Source: a virus
Reading direction: 5' to 3' (one strand)
IMG/VR virus record: IMGVR_UViG_3300034136_000001
Coordinates: 1 to 40,178 of that record
Length of the DNA stretch: 40,178 nt
Part shown: in pieces, positions 1 to 9,363 of the stretch
How the letters are laid out: the number at the start of each line of letters is the position of its first letter
Numbering within the stretch: the first letter of the stretch is position 1
Position numbers and translations under genes: made by a program
Notes under the pieces: model-generated
Told to the model about the DNA's origin: nothing
The model's database searches: none
The model's input: the letters and a program-made list of their open reading frames with translations, nothing else

Positions 1-127
1 ATTGGTGCGGCTAAAGTAACCAAGAACAAGGTCGCTGAGAATAATGCCGCCAAGACACAGGGCAATTTAGAGCAATGGTCAGATAACTACAGCAATTTTG
101 TTAAACCAGTTACCGAACCTCTCAAGA
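1..127. repeat. Terminal direct repeat, copy 1. It is identical to 40052..40178 and is most likely a circular-assembly overlap.
   Basis: Bases 1-127 (attggtgcggctaaagtaacc...cctctcaaga) recur exactly as the last 127 bases of the window. The repeat lies inside an open reading frame. Confidence 0.95.
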
Positions 128-3100
128 AAATGGAACTTGCTACTGACAAAAAGGCCCTAGAGGTTGCCGATTGGAACACCGGGCCAGGCAAGACTATTGC
201 CAAAGCGTCAGCCAATATTATCCCTATTGACGGAGCCGCGAAGTTGCTTAAAGTCACAAAAGCAGCCAAAGCAGGGAGGATGAGCAAAGTCGCCGGTGTA
301 GCGGATGAAGTGCCAATTAACACGGCTCCTGGAGTGAAATCGGTTAATCCGACCCGCGAGGCTGACGCAGCGGCGCAGATCGACGCCGAAGTAGCTGCCT
401 TACCGCCAGCCCCACAGATGGACCCCGTACTGAGACAACAGGCCGCTCTTGAAACTATGCGGGCCGAGAGTCCTGCTGCCGGTAGTCTGCGTAAAGTTAC
501 CCCGCCTGCCGAGCCAGTCCCCGGCCAAGTTCCTATTCGGCCGCTTCCAGAGCAACAGCCCGGCATCGTTACTCGGCCGCCCGAAGATTTGGGTACGCCT
601 GCATATCAGGCCCGTCCTGCTATGGTTGCCGCCCAGACTGCCGCCGACGATGCCGCTATTGCTGCCCAACGCCAGCCCTTTGACCCGCTCGACGCTCCAG
701 CCTATCAGCGCCGGGGGATTGAACTCGACCAAAATCCAGAGGTCATTATTGATGGTTTACGCAATAACGCTACCGCTTTTACCCGTGACCCTGATTTTGC
801 CGAAGTTGTCCAGGAGGCATACCTCCAGACCGGCTCGAATAACCCGCTGTCACTTGCCGCCGCCGCACTATCCCGCACCCAAGACAAGGGCCGGGTTCGA
901 GCCATTGTCGAGCGTCTTGTCCCCGGAGTTGATGGCAACGCGCTGAACCGTGCCGTTAACCAAATTACCGGCGCTGATGACCAGACTGACGTATTGGAAG
1001 CTTTGCAAACGGCCGCCACTCGCATCCGCCGTGACGAACCGTTTGGTCCTGTCTCCGACGCTCCCGCACCTCGTCCATTAGAAGCGGGAGCCGAGCCTGT
1101 TCCAGCCACCCCTGTTATACCTGATACTGCCGAACTGCCGACCCCTGTTGCACAAGTTGGCGCGGAGCCTACTAATACTCCGAGGGGAGAAGTCGGCCAA
1201 GTTAAAGAGGTGACAGTTGTTCCGGGCGCAGAGAAAAATCCTTATGTTCCGGCGTCATTTAGTGGACCTCTAACAAAGGTAGAAAAACCTAGTATGGTTA
1301 AAGTTACCGATAATCCAGCCACTACAAATGAGGTTGCGCCTGCCAAGTCGATAGCCGACAAGCCATTAGCGAAAACTCCACAAAAATACCTTGTGCCTGC
1401 AAAGATTACAGCTCCCGCCAAGTCTGGCGAGATCGGTAAGTCGCAGGGCAAATATGCCAAAGGCCAGGAATATGAAAAGACTAGTGTAGAAGCTACTCGT
1501 AAGCGTGGCTCCGATGAGGCCGCCAATACTTCTTATGATGATTTTGTTAAAAAGGTCGAGGGTGCTGATGGTATGGTCGGCAAGGACCGTGACACCGCTG
1601 TTGCTCTCCAGGCCCGCCACAAACCCGGTTCACTAGAGCATCGCAAGCTTGGTGATCTCATTAACAAATATCACACTGAGGCGGCTCAGACGCTCGGCAC
1701 TATCGAACGTACCCTCCGCAAGACGGCTGACGCCAACCGGCTAACTGATAATTTTGTCAACAAGCTCTACCGTAGTACCGATGAGACTATCGCTATCAGC
1801 GATTCCGATTTTGATAAGGTTATTGCCCGAAATGAGGCATTTGTTAAGGCCCGCGATAATCAAAATGCCGCTGTTGAGGCGTTCAATTCAAACCCGACAG
1901 CAGCAAACGCTGATCGCGTGGCCGACGCATTTAAAAAAGTTGATGAGGCCGACCGCGCCGCTAAGTTCGAGGAATATAAGACTGCCGCCAAGATTGTTGG
2001 CAAATCTAAAAATCCAACCGCCAAAACTCTTGTTAGCAAATTAGAGCGTGACGCTGGTGTTTACACGATGGATTGGGTAGACAGCTCTATGCTCTCTAGC
2101 ACCCGCGTAATGATAAACAACTTCCTGAACACGCTGGGTGTTCGGGGAGAGGAAGCTATGTTTGGCAAGGCTGGTGCGGCAATCGCACGAAAGCTTACTG
2201 GCACGAACATCGGCGGCGGTTCGCATAAGGGAGCCAAGCTAGGTGCGGAACTCGGTACTCGCCACTGGAAATCTGACGCGGCGCTCCGTCAAGGCGCACA
2301 AGGCAACAAATTGGTTAAATCTATTAAGAACTTTACGACGACTGGAAACACCGTCGGCGACCGCAACACCTACGCTGCGGCTTACTCTGGCGTGTTTGAC
2401 CATTACAAAATCAAACTTAAAGGGGAGGGTTACAAAGGCGATGAGCTTAACCGCCGCGCTATGGTCAACTCTCTTACCGACCCCGATGACATAGCTTATG
2501 ACTACATGAACCAGGCACTTGCCAATAACGCCATGTCCTCAATCGTGCATGGTCCGACCGGAGGTAAAATCGAAACCCAGATCGCTGACATGATAGCTAC
2601 GGCGACAGGGAATAGTACGGCCATGAAAGTCGCTGCTAAAGCTGTTACCCGTGTGACGCTAGGGTTCCCGACCGTTATTACGCGCAGTTTAATTCAAGGC
2701 ACAAAACGGACATCGCTTGGTGGCATATCGACCATCCAAGCCGTTAAGAATGTAGTCACGAAAGGACCAAAGGAGCTTACTGCCCGGCATATCAAAAATG
2801 CCGTTAAAGAGGCTGGCTCCGGCGCGGTTATGTATTCTGTGGGAGCTGGACTTGGCTCGGCCGGTCTAATTAACGGCGGCTACCCGACCGAAAAGGCCGA
2901 GCAGGAGCGCTGGAAGCGGGAGGGTATTACTGAAAACTCAATCAGGATAGGCGACGATTACTATAGCTTGCCGGCTGCCTTGGGCGTATTTGCGCTACCA
3001 TTTATGATCGGAGCCAACGCCGCCCAGAATGTCCGTGAGGGCAAGGCGATTACTGATGATTTCTTAAGAGATACCGCCGAAACTATCGTTAATTCCATGC

Positions 3101-4218
3101 CTATTGATAGCCTCCAGCGGACGCTGGATATGGCAGTCGATTTCGAGCGCGGCCGGGATGTCACCAAGCCGGCTGTTCAGACTGCCTCTAGTCTTGCTCG
3201 GTCTGTAACACCTCTCGGCTCGTTACTCAACCAAGTTGCCAAGATGTTCGACCCGAACGCCAATGACACTACGCAGGGTGACGCAATGGCACAGTTCTTA
3301 GCTAAAATCCAAGATGGTATCCCCGGCCTGGCAAATGATTTGCCCGACAAGACTGTTGCCGGTAAACCCGTTAAAAACCCCGGTGCGATACCTCGGTTGT
3401 TTGGTGCTATGAGTACGTCGCAAAAAGAGGGAGTCGAGAGAACCGCTGAAATCAAGCAAGAGGGGGCAGACCAAGCCTCCAAACTTAAGGAAACGGGCGT
3501 GTTCAAGGATAAACTCCGCAATATACTTGATGACGACACTAAGGAGATTTTCGATAAAGCTAAAAGCGGTGGCGAGGTCAGTCCCGACGACATGAAGAAA
3601 TTGCAGTCGGGCCTCACTAAAGGCGTCACTGAAACCGAGGACACCCGATATCTTGAAGATGGCGACCATGACACAAATCTTGCTGTTTTAAGGGCCAAAA
3701 AGTCAATCCTGGAGGCCGAGCCGACTACCCGCAAAGAAACCCTCGCCGCCTATGACGAACAGATTACGCGTGGTGAAATTTACAAGGAGCAGAAAACTAA
3801 ATATGAAACCGTTAAAAAATATAAAGATATCTCCTTGGAGGAGTGGAGAGCATTGGGCGACCCGGACAGCGATGACCACGACCCTGATCTGTACGAAACA
3901 CTGTTTGATCTCGACGCCGCCATGACCGATAAAGGCGTCTCCCGTCGCAGTAGTGACAAAACTAAGCCCAAGTATTACGCCAAGACTACTAAATCTGGTA
4001 GCGGTGGCGGTGGTCGCAAATCTGCCGCTGACAAGGCTGCCGACGCCGCGCTTCGTAAAATCCAGTCGAATACCGTTAGCGGCGTCCCCGACCTCAAGAG
4101 AGTGGACCTGTCCGATCTGCGCCCCCAGAAACTCCAGAGCGCACAAATCCCGAAAATCCAGCAGATAAAGTCGAGCGATTTAATCAAGAAACGAAAGATT
4201 ACCGTTTCTAAAGCATAA
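1..4218 (+). CDS. Giant virion protein, main part. It continues ORF 39623..40178 across the circular junction and is about 1548 aa when joined. Putative internal, ejection or tape-measure-like protein.
   Basis: Frame 1 is open from base 1 (IGAAKVTKNK...) to the TAA at 4216-4218, so the Met at 130 in the ORF track is internal. The same frame is open from ATG 39623 into the duplicated 127 bp. The protein is rich in Ala, Pro, Gln and Lys and has hydrophobic Gly-rich segments (AVMYSVGAGLGSAGLINGG, LGVFALPFMIGANAA). Function is inferred from size and position only. Confidence 0.6.
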   Translation: MGAAKVTKNKVAENNAAKTQGNLEQWSDNYSNFVKPVTEPLKKMELATDKKALEVADWNTGPGKTIAKASANIIPIDGAAKLLKVTKAAKAGRMSKVAGVADEVPINTAPGVKSVNPTREADAAAQIDAEVAALPPAPQMDPVLRQQAALETMRAESPAAGSLRKVTPPAEPVPGQVPIRPLPEQQPGIVTRPPEDLGTPAYQARPAMVAAQTAADDAAIAAQRQPFDPLDAPAYQRRGIELDQNPEVIIDGLRNNATAFTRDPDFAEVVQEAYLQTGSNNPLSLAAAALSRTQDKGRVRAIVERLVPGVDGNALNRAVNQITGADDQTDVLEALQTAATRIRRDEPFGPVSDAPAPRPLEAGAEPVPATPVIPDTAELPTPVAQVGAEPTNTPRGEVGQVKEVTVVPGAEKNPYVPASFSGPLTKVEKPSMVKVTDNPATTNEVAPAKSIADKPLAKTPQKYLVPAKITAPAKSGEIGKSQGKYAKGQEYEKTSVEATRKRGSDEAANTSYDDFVKKVEGADGMVGKDRDTAVALQARHKPGSLEHRKLGDLINKYHTEAAQTLGTIERTLRKTADANRLTDNFVNKLYRSTDETIAISDSDFDKVIARNEAFVKARDNQNAAVEAFNSNPTAANADRVADAFKKVDEADRAAKFEEYKTAAKIVGKSKNPTAKTLVSKLERDAGVYTMDWVDSSMLSSTRVMINNFLNTLGVRGEEAMFGKAGAAIARKLTGTNIGGGSHKGAKLGAELGTRHWKSDAALRQGAQGNKLVKSIKNFTTTGNTVGDRNTYAAAYSGVFDHYKIKLKGEGYKGDELNRRAMVNSLTDPDDIAYDYMNQALANNAMSSIVHGPTGGKIETQIADMIATATGNSTAMKVAAKAVTRVTLGFPTVITRSLIQGTKRTSLGGISTIQAVKNVVTKGPKELTARHIKNAVKEAGSGAVMYSVGAGLGSAGLINGGYPTEKAEQERWKREGITENSIRIGDDYYSLPAALGVFALPFMIGANAAQNVREGKAITDDFLRDTAETIVNSMPIDSLQRTLDMAVDFERGRDVTKPAVQTASSLARSVTPLGSLLNQVAKMFDPNANDTTQGDAMAQFLAKIQDGIPGLANDLPDKTVAGKPVKNPGAIPRLFGAMSTSQKEGVERTAEIKQEGADQASKLKETGVFKDKLRNILDDDTKEIFDKAKSGGEVSPDDMKKLQSGLTKGVTETEDTRYLEDGDHDTNLAVLRAKKSILEAEPTTRKETLAAYDEQITRGEIYKEQKTKYETVKKYKDISLEEWRALGDPDSDDHDPDLYETLFDLDAAMTDKGVSRRSSDKTKPKYYAKTTKSGSGGGGRKSAADKAADAALRKIQSNTVSGVPDLKRVDLSDLRPQKLQSAQIPKIQQIKSSDLIKKRKITVSKA

Positions 4219-4235
4219 GAGGGTACAATAAAGCT

Positions 4236-4952
4236 ATGAGTCCAGACAAACAACTAGAGGCTTTCGCACAAAGCATATACCTGACTGTTAAAAACCGTTA
4301 TCTCGATGATATTGAGGATTCTGACGGCCAAGAATATATTGACCGCGTAGTCGATTGGACCAATATGCTTGTCGATGAGCTGGAAAATACGACCGGCCCC
4401 GACGGGGAGCTGGTTGATTGGTGGTTTACCCGTGTTGCCGGCTATACTCTGGGAACCGCTCAAGAGGCCGCTGCCAGCGTCGGTCTGCCGGCTGCTATAG
4501 ATCATCTGATTACTGATGAAAACCGTTATGTCCAGGTTCAGCATGACGGCATTACCGTGTCGAATTGGGCGGTCGTCCATCCTAAAGACATTTCAAGCCG
4601 AACCGACCGCGTAACAGAGGATATGTGTGCCGTTGTCGGGACAAGTTTAGTATTTAGTCGTGTTTTCCGCGACACCGAGGCTGGGGGTATAATCATTGGC
4701 GATGTTTCGACAAAATTACCACGCCTGTCGAAAACCAACGTCAAGCTGCTAACCACCGTTCGGCCAAAGCAGTTGCTCATTCTCGGTGTTGCAAAGAACA
4801 TGACGCTACCAGATGTCGTCCAGGGCGGCCTCTCGCCCAGCTATGTCCAGAAATATCAGGATTTACTCTCTGGTGCTATCACTCGTAGTAATGCGACTAG
4901 CCAGTCTATCGCGGCCGTTCGTCAGAGCTTTAGCGGTATCGGGGGCGTTTAG
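4236..4952 (+). CDS. Hypothetical virion protein, possibly a head-tail adaptor or tail tubular A-like protein by position.
   Basis: A 238-aa ORF lying between the giant virion protein and a 693-aa structural ORF. TACAAT at 4224-4229 sits 6 nt before the ATG. I recognised no motif. Confidence 0.45.
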   Translation: MSPDKQLEAFAQSIYLTVKNRYLDDIEDSDGQEYIDRVVDWTNMLVDELENTTGPDGELVDWWFTRVAGYTLGTAQEAAASVGLPAAIDHLITDENRYVQVQHDGITVSNWAVVHPKDISSRTDRVTEDMCAVVGTSLVFSRVFRDTEAGGIIIGDVSTKLPRLSKTNVKLLTTVRPKQLLILGVAKNMTLPDVVQGGLSPSYVQKYQDLLSGAITRSNATSQSIAAVRQSFSGIGGV

Positions 4953-4954
4953 CG

Positions 4955-7036
4955 ATGGCATACAAGCCAGTCAAAGTCCCGGAAAAAGAGATCAGCTCGC
5001 GGGATATTAAAAACTTCGGCGGCGGGTTGTTCTTGCAGGGCGCACAGATAGCCCCGGAGAATTGTTTTATTAACAGCAAAGATGCTGAACTCGATCTATA
5101 CGGGTTCCTCATCCCGCGTCGCCGTCAAACTCCATTCCTGCCGGATACCGTCGAAACGAGTTATCAGAAGTTTCCGGTGTTGTGGGATGGTGAGATTTAT
5201 TTCTTTACGCTCGATGATGGCAAGGTTAAATATTGTCAGGAGGGCGACGCCGCCTGGGTTGATTGTACGGGCGATAACACCTTTACGACACTAAATGGCG
5301 GCTTTCCGAAGCTTATCCGTGTCGATGACAGTGTAATGATATTGAACGGCAAGAACGGTGACAAACTGGCCTATGTCGATCTGAGAGTCGCTGGTTTCCC
5401 TGCGGTTAAATATGCTCTGGTTGCCAATCCGACTCTGGCTCCGACGTTTGCGCTGACGAACCTTGCTGCCGGCGCACACCACATTTATTACGCTTATTCT
5501 TATGATGGAGCTGTTGGCTCGACTGAGTTATCACCAATTCTCGATACTACTATTAACAATACCCGCGATCTCTGGGCCACCCAAACATCCAAGGGTTCTA
5601 TTAAGATTACCCGCCCTGGGACTGTCCCGACAGGCGCTCGCTACTGGACGCTCCATATTGCCGTGGCAGCTACCGCCGGCGCTATCCAGCCGTCTGATAT
5701 GCTCCAATTAGCCGTTAAACTCGATCTTGCGACAACTGAGTTTATTGATGACGGTACACTGTCAATCAACCTTTCCTCTGTGGCTCCGACTACTAATTCT
5801 ACTGACGGCCCCCGTGTTAGCCACGGCGTTATTACCGACGGCCGGCCAGTTCTGTTTGGTGATGAAGATAATTTTTACAACATCTGGATTGGAGCTGGTG
5901 GTCCAAATGCTAAATCTTTCAGCGCTTCCGACGGTGGCTACCGGGCCGAGCCTGAAAAGGGTACGAACTACTACCCAACCAGTATCGTTGGTTTCCGCAC
6001 CGGCCAGGGAAACCCTGCGCTAACGGTGTTATTCTCGAATACTGAGGGCCTATCCAAACAGGCGGTTCTCCAACAGCAAACCATTAATTACGGCGATCAG
6101 ACCTTTACTGTTTGGGGTGTCACCGAGCAGCACTATGGCGCAGCCGGTGTTGCCGCACCGAACTCCGCTATCAACTATAACGGCAAGCTGATGTTCTTCT
6201 CGACCGATGGAGTGATGAGCATGGAGAGTAAGCCGACGACTCCGAACGTCCTGGATACCAAGCCGATCTCGTCGCCTATTGACGACCTTATCCGCTCTAT
6301 TAAGAACTCGGCTATGCCCGCCATCGTTGGCGCTGGTTGGAATAATAAATACATGTGGCTCGTTCCGAACGCCGGCTTTGATACGCCGCAGCAAATTTTA
6401 ATACTCGACACCAATGTTAAGGGCGTAAATGGTGACGGGGCATGGCTTACGATGGATATTAAGGCTGACTGGATTGGCGTCATCAGCCCACAGGATGACC
6501 CGGCTTTCGTATATATCAGCCGAGGCAACCAGACGTTCAAGCTTCAAACTGCTGACTCTACCTATGATACTATCGACGGTGCGAGCGTTCCGTTCTCTAC
6601 TGGTGCGAGCGGTCCTCTTGTCGGCATGGGCGGAGAGGCCCACAATACCTGGCAGGCTGATGTCCAGACGATGTTTTATATTATCGGTCTAGTTGGTGAA
6701 ATGACTATCGGTGTCCGCTACCGCAACCAGAATGGCAAACTCAAAACTAAAACCCGTAAAATTATTGGGCCGTCTTTCACGCCGTCATCTAGCGGTGGTT
6801 ATGGTGATACCGAATGGGGATATAGTAACGATACGCCGACACTAGCTGAGAGCGCTACCATTGACGACCAAACGGGCCTTTTGACAGCCATAGATATCCG
6901 CAAGCCTGTCCGAGTGGATGACATAATGAATGAGGCTCAATGGTTCTATGAAACGCCTGTAGGATATAACAACTATAAAGTCCGCGCTATTAGCTTTGAG
7001 GGTATAAATCTAGGCGTCAGACCGGACTTACAGTAG
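4955..7036 (+). CDS. Large virion structural protein, possibly a nozzle or tail tubular B-like protein.
   Basis: A 693-aa ORF starting 2 nt after the upstream stop and lying directly upstream of the portal-like gene. Composition is beta-rich. The assignment rests on size and position only. Confidence 0.45.
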   Translation: MAYKPVKVPEKEISSRDIKNFGGGLFLQGAQIAPENCFINSKDAELDLYGFLIPRRRQTPFLPDTVETSYQKFPVLWDGEIYFFTLDDGKVKYCQEGDAAWVDCTGDNTFTTLNGGFPKLIRVDDSVMILNGKNGDKLAYVDLRVAGFPAVKYALVANPTLAPTFALTNLAAGAHHIYYAYSYDGAVGSTELSPILDTTINNTRDLWATQTSKGSIKITRPGTVPTGARYWTLHIAVAATAGAIQPSDMLQLAVKLDLATTEFIDDGTLSINLSSVAPTTNSTDGPRVSHGVITDGRPVLFGDEDNFYNIWIGAGGPNAKSFSASDGGYRAEPEKGTNYYPTSIVGFRTGQGNPALTVLFSNTEGLSKQAVLQQQTINYGDQTFTVWGVTEQHYGAAGVAAPNSAINYNGKLMFFSTDGVMSMESKPTTPNVLDTKPISSPIDDLIRSIKNSAMPAIVGAGWNNKYMWLVPNAGFDTPQQILILDTNVKGVNGDGAWLTMDIKADWIGVISPQDDPAFVYISRGNQTFKLQTADSTYDTIDGASVPFSTGASGPLVGMGGEAHNTWQADVQTMFYIIGLVGEMTIGVRYRNQNGKLKTKTRKIIGPSFTPSSSGGYGDTEWGYSNDTPTLAESATIDDQTGLLTAIDIRKPVRVDDIMNEAQWFYETPVGYNNYKVRAISFEGINLGVRPDLQ

Positions 7037-7057
7037 AATAGAGCATAAGAGGGATAA

Positions 7058-8797
7058 ATGAATAATCAATCAGCAATTGCACTAGCCAGCGGGGGCACAC
7101 CAAGAATCGAGAATCGACATCGGATTGACATGGGCGCTATGCTCGACGAGTTCCGGCTCTCTCGGTCATATGTCGAACAGTACACTAAAGACTTTCCACA
7201 GCTACAGCAGCTCGCTGATGGTATGCCGATAGGCATGGACCCCGACGCACCGTTCGTGGGCGATACTACACTCGCCGGCTTGGTGCGTTCTATTCCGCGC
7301 GACAGCCTCCAGCAGTTGCCAGTGTTCGCCGCTATCGTTAATGGCTCCAAGTACCGTATCCCGGCGCTCATCTGTACCTATTTGCTCAAAAAGTTTGTTT
7401 TTAACGAGGACACATTCGGCAAGGGCCTATTATCAACACTCCAGATTGGAGCCGAGCAAGCGCTGACCCAGGGGTATGCCGCGTTTATGGTCGCTACCGG
7501 CAGTATGTATCAGGACTTCGGTACGACAATGCGTATCCTCCATTATGTTGATACCGCGCCTGAACCCGGCATCCAGGACCATAACGAAACTGGTTATGAT
7601 TATGTGGTTGCCAATCTGACACCCTCCCGCGTTCGCCGTATCCTCCGTAAAGCCGAGAGTAATCCCGACACCGACTGGAATCCGCCCGCCCTCCGCGAGC
7701 TGTTGAACAGCGGTGTTGCCAAGCCAAAAGATTATTCGCAGTTCGCCTCCACGCACCGTGCTAACAACGCGGGCGAGGCATCAGCTCCGACTTATGAGTT
7801 TGTGACCCGCTACCCCGTCGGTGACCCCGACGAACCGATCATTACATTCTGCCCGGAAATGCAGGAGGCTCCGCTTCGGGTCATGGAAAGTCGCAGTAAG
7901 TGGGGCTATCCCCGCGTTATGTATTTGGTCATCGACCCAGCGCCAATGACACCGTTCGGTATAAGCCGCGTCCGCCTGGCCAGCCCGAACATGAACTTAA
8001 TGAACATTTATTATGGTCAAATTGCCGCTATGCTGCTTTTGAATAGCAAACCACCTATCTTTAAAAAAGGTCGGTTTACAACACCCGTACAGCTCAAGCA
8101 GGGCGTCGTATGGGAAACCAATGACCCGAACGCCGAGGCCAAGCTCCAAAACCTCGACAATGGCTCGCTGCAATTTTTCCCGCAGATGGCCCAGCAGTTC
8201 GCAGTCCAGATACAAAACATCATGGGTGGCAAAACCGCCTCAATCAGCGCATCTGGCAAATCCGGTTTTGGCAAGACTGCTCCGGGCGAAAAACGGGCGC
8301 AACAGTTCGAGGATAGCGCCAGTAACCAGATTACGAAAATCTTGGAAAACTTCTTACGCCAATACGCCCTAGTTGCACTCGATACCCTGTTCGCTGAACA
8401 GGAGGGTGTTGACCGCATTATCGTTGATGATGATACCAAAGACGCTATTAACCAGATTGAACCTGGTTACATCGGCGAGGACAACGAAATTGAAATGAAT
8501 TGGGACACATTCTATGAGGCCATTAAAGAATGGTCGGTTGAGATTTCTGTTAGTGTCAGCAAGGACGAACTAGAGGACGCCAAGCGTGGCGATCTCCAGG
8601 ATATGTTGGTTGTATTGGCCCAAAACGCCAAGGATAACCCAGAGGCAGCACAAAAAGTTACCGAAATTACGAATCTGTTATTACAAGATAAAGCGCCACT
8701 CGTTAAGCCGATGGGGGCTGCTCCAGTATCGATGGGCCTCCCGGCTGCGACTGGAGCTATTGCGCCGGACGCCGCCGCCTTGCCTGCTCCAATGTAG
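7058..8797 (+). CDS. Portal protein (putative)
   Basis: A 579-aa ORF with RBS AAGAGGGA 5 nt upstream. It sits in the head module ahead of the scaffold-like gene and has an acidic then Ala/Pro-rich C-terminus. Size and synteny are typical of portals, but there is no motif-level proof. Confidence 0.55.
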   Translation: MNNQSAIALASGGTPRIENRHRIDMGAMLDEFRLSRSYVEQYTKDFPQLQQLADGMPIGMDPDAPFVGDTTLAGLVRSIPRDSLQQLPVFAAIVNGSKYRIPALICTYLLKKFVFNEDTFGKGLLSTLQIGAEQALTQGYAAFMVATGSMYQDFGTTMRILHYVDTAPEPGIQDHNETGYDYVVANLTPSRVRRILRKAESNPDTDWNPPALRELLNSGVAKPKDYSQFASTHRANNAGEASAPTYEFVTRYPVGDPDEPIITFCPEMQEAPLRVMESRSKWGYPRVMYLVIDPAPMTPFGISRVRLASPNMNLMNIYYGQIAAMLLLNSKPPIFKKGRFTTPVQLKQGVVWETNDPNAEAKLQNLDNGSLQFFPQMAQQFAVQIQNIMGGKTASISASGKSGFGKTAPGEKRAQQFEDSASNQITKILENFLRQYALVALDTLFAEQEGVDRIIVDDDTKDAINQIEPGYIGEDNEIEMNWDTFYEAIKEWSVEISVSVSKDELEDAKRGDLQDMLVVLAQNAKDNPEAAQKVTEITNLLLQDKAPLVKPMGAAPVSMGLPAATGAIAPDAAALPAPM

Positions 8798-8945
8798 GAT
8801 TGAGAATTTCGGCGGCCAATTCGTCTTTGAGAAATGCGATGCGAAGCCTTAATAACTGGCAGGGGTCCTCGCTGGGATGGCGCTCTAAAATTTGTAATCC
8901 TGCTTCGGCTTCTTGAATACGCCAAACTAGCTCGTCTGGGTTCAT
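8757..8945 (-). CDS. Small hypothetical protein (62 aa), transcribed divergently from the scaffold/capsid operon promoter.
   Basis: It is the only long ORF filling the otherwise noncoding stretch 8798-8945. An AGGAG lies upstream of the ATG at a long spacing of about 12 nt. The sequence looks helical. Its 3' end overlaps the portal stop by about 40 nt. Confidence 0.35.
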   Translation of the reverse strand: MNPDELVWRIQEAEAGLQILERHPSEDPCQLLRLRIAFLKDELAAEILNPTLEQARRRRPAQ

Positions 8946-8966
8946 GTCTATAATTTGCTCCTGTGT

Positions 8967-8979
8967 GACAATGATTGTC
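8967..8979. promoter_or_regulatory. Perfect palindrome GACAAT-G-ATTGTC, an operator-like site
   Basis: Read directly from the sequence. It lies between the divergent small ORF (8945) and the promoter at 8999-9027. Confidence 0.4.
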
Positions 8980-8998
8980 TACTATAATACACTTTATT

Positions 8999-9027
8999 TT
9001 GCATTTGTGATACGGCCGTGCTACAAT
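8999..9027 (+). promoter_or_regulatory. Sigma70-type promoter: TTGCAT, 17-nt spacer, TACAAT with an extended TG
   Basis: TTGCAT at 8999-9004, a 17-nt spacer, TG at 9019-9020 and TACAAT at 9022-9027. The ATG of the next ORF is at 9038, only 10 nt after the -10 element. Confidence 0.6.
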
Positions 9028-9037
9028 CATAAACATT

Positions 9038-9358
9038 ATGCCAGTGAGGGAACAGGACGACTTACCATATCGAACGCCAATGACGGCGGTTACTACGCCT
9101 ACCCCCGTATCTAGCACCAACGAGGCCAACTATGACACGCTCCAGATTGTTAGCAAACTACTCACGGATAGTATGAATGGGTTATATAAAGATTTTAATG
9201 CGTTCGATATTCTCAAAGAGGGTGACACTTTTGCCGCCGCAGGGAATCTTCTGCGGCAAGTAGAAGCGAAACAAATGGCTTATGACATTTTATCCCCAGC
9301 TTTAGAGGCTGTGGATAACGCCATCAAGCTCATAGATCAAAAGTATAAACAGAGGTAA
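9038..9358 (+). CDS. Hypothetical head-module protein
   Basis: A 106-aa ORF between the promoter and the scaffold-like gene. There is no SD before the ATG, which fits a near-leaderless start. The start codon is uncertain. Confidence 0.5.
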   Translation: MPVREQDDLPYRTPMTAVTTPTPVSSTNEANYDTLQIVSKLLTDSMNGLYKDFNAFDILKEGDTFAAAGNLLRQVEAKQMAYDILSPALEAVDNAIKLIDQKYKQR

Positions 9359-9363
9359 TCTTC

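Noticed and set aside
87-1109. Long antisense or alternative-frame ORFs overlapping the giant virion gene (87..566, 400..732, 449..946, 705..1109). Similar shadow ORFs occur elsewhere, for example 3177..3734, 8512..9129, 9330..9725, 19732..20136 and 38566..39075.
   Set aside because: They lie wholly inside longer ORFs that have coherent protein-like sequence, RBSs and operon coupling. Their translations are low-complexity (Arg/Ser/Gly/Pro-rich), which is typical of off-frame reading.
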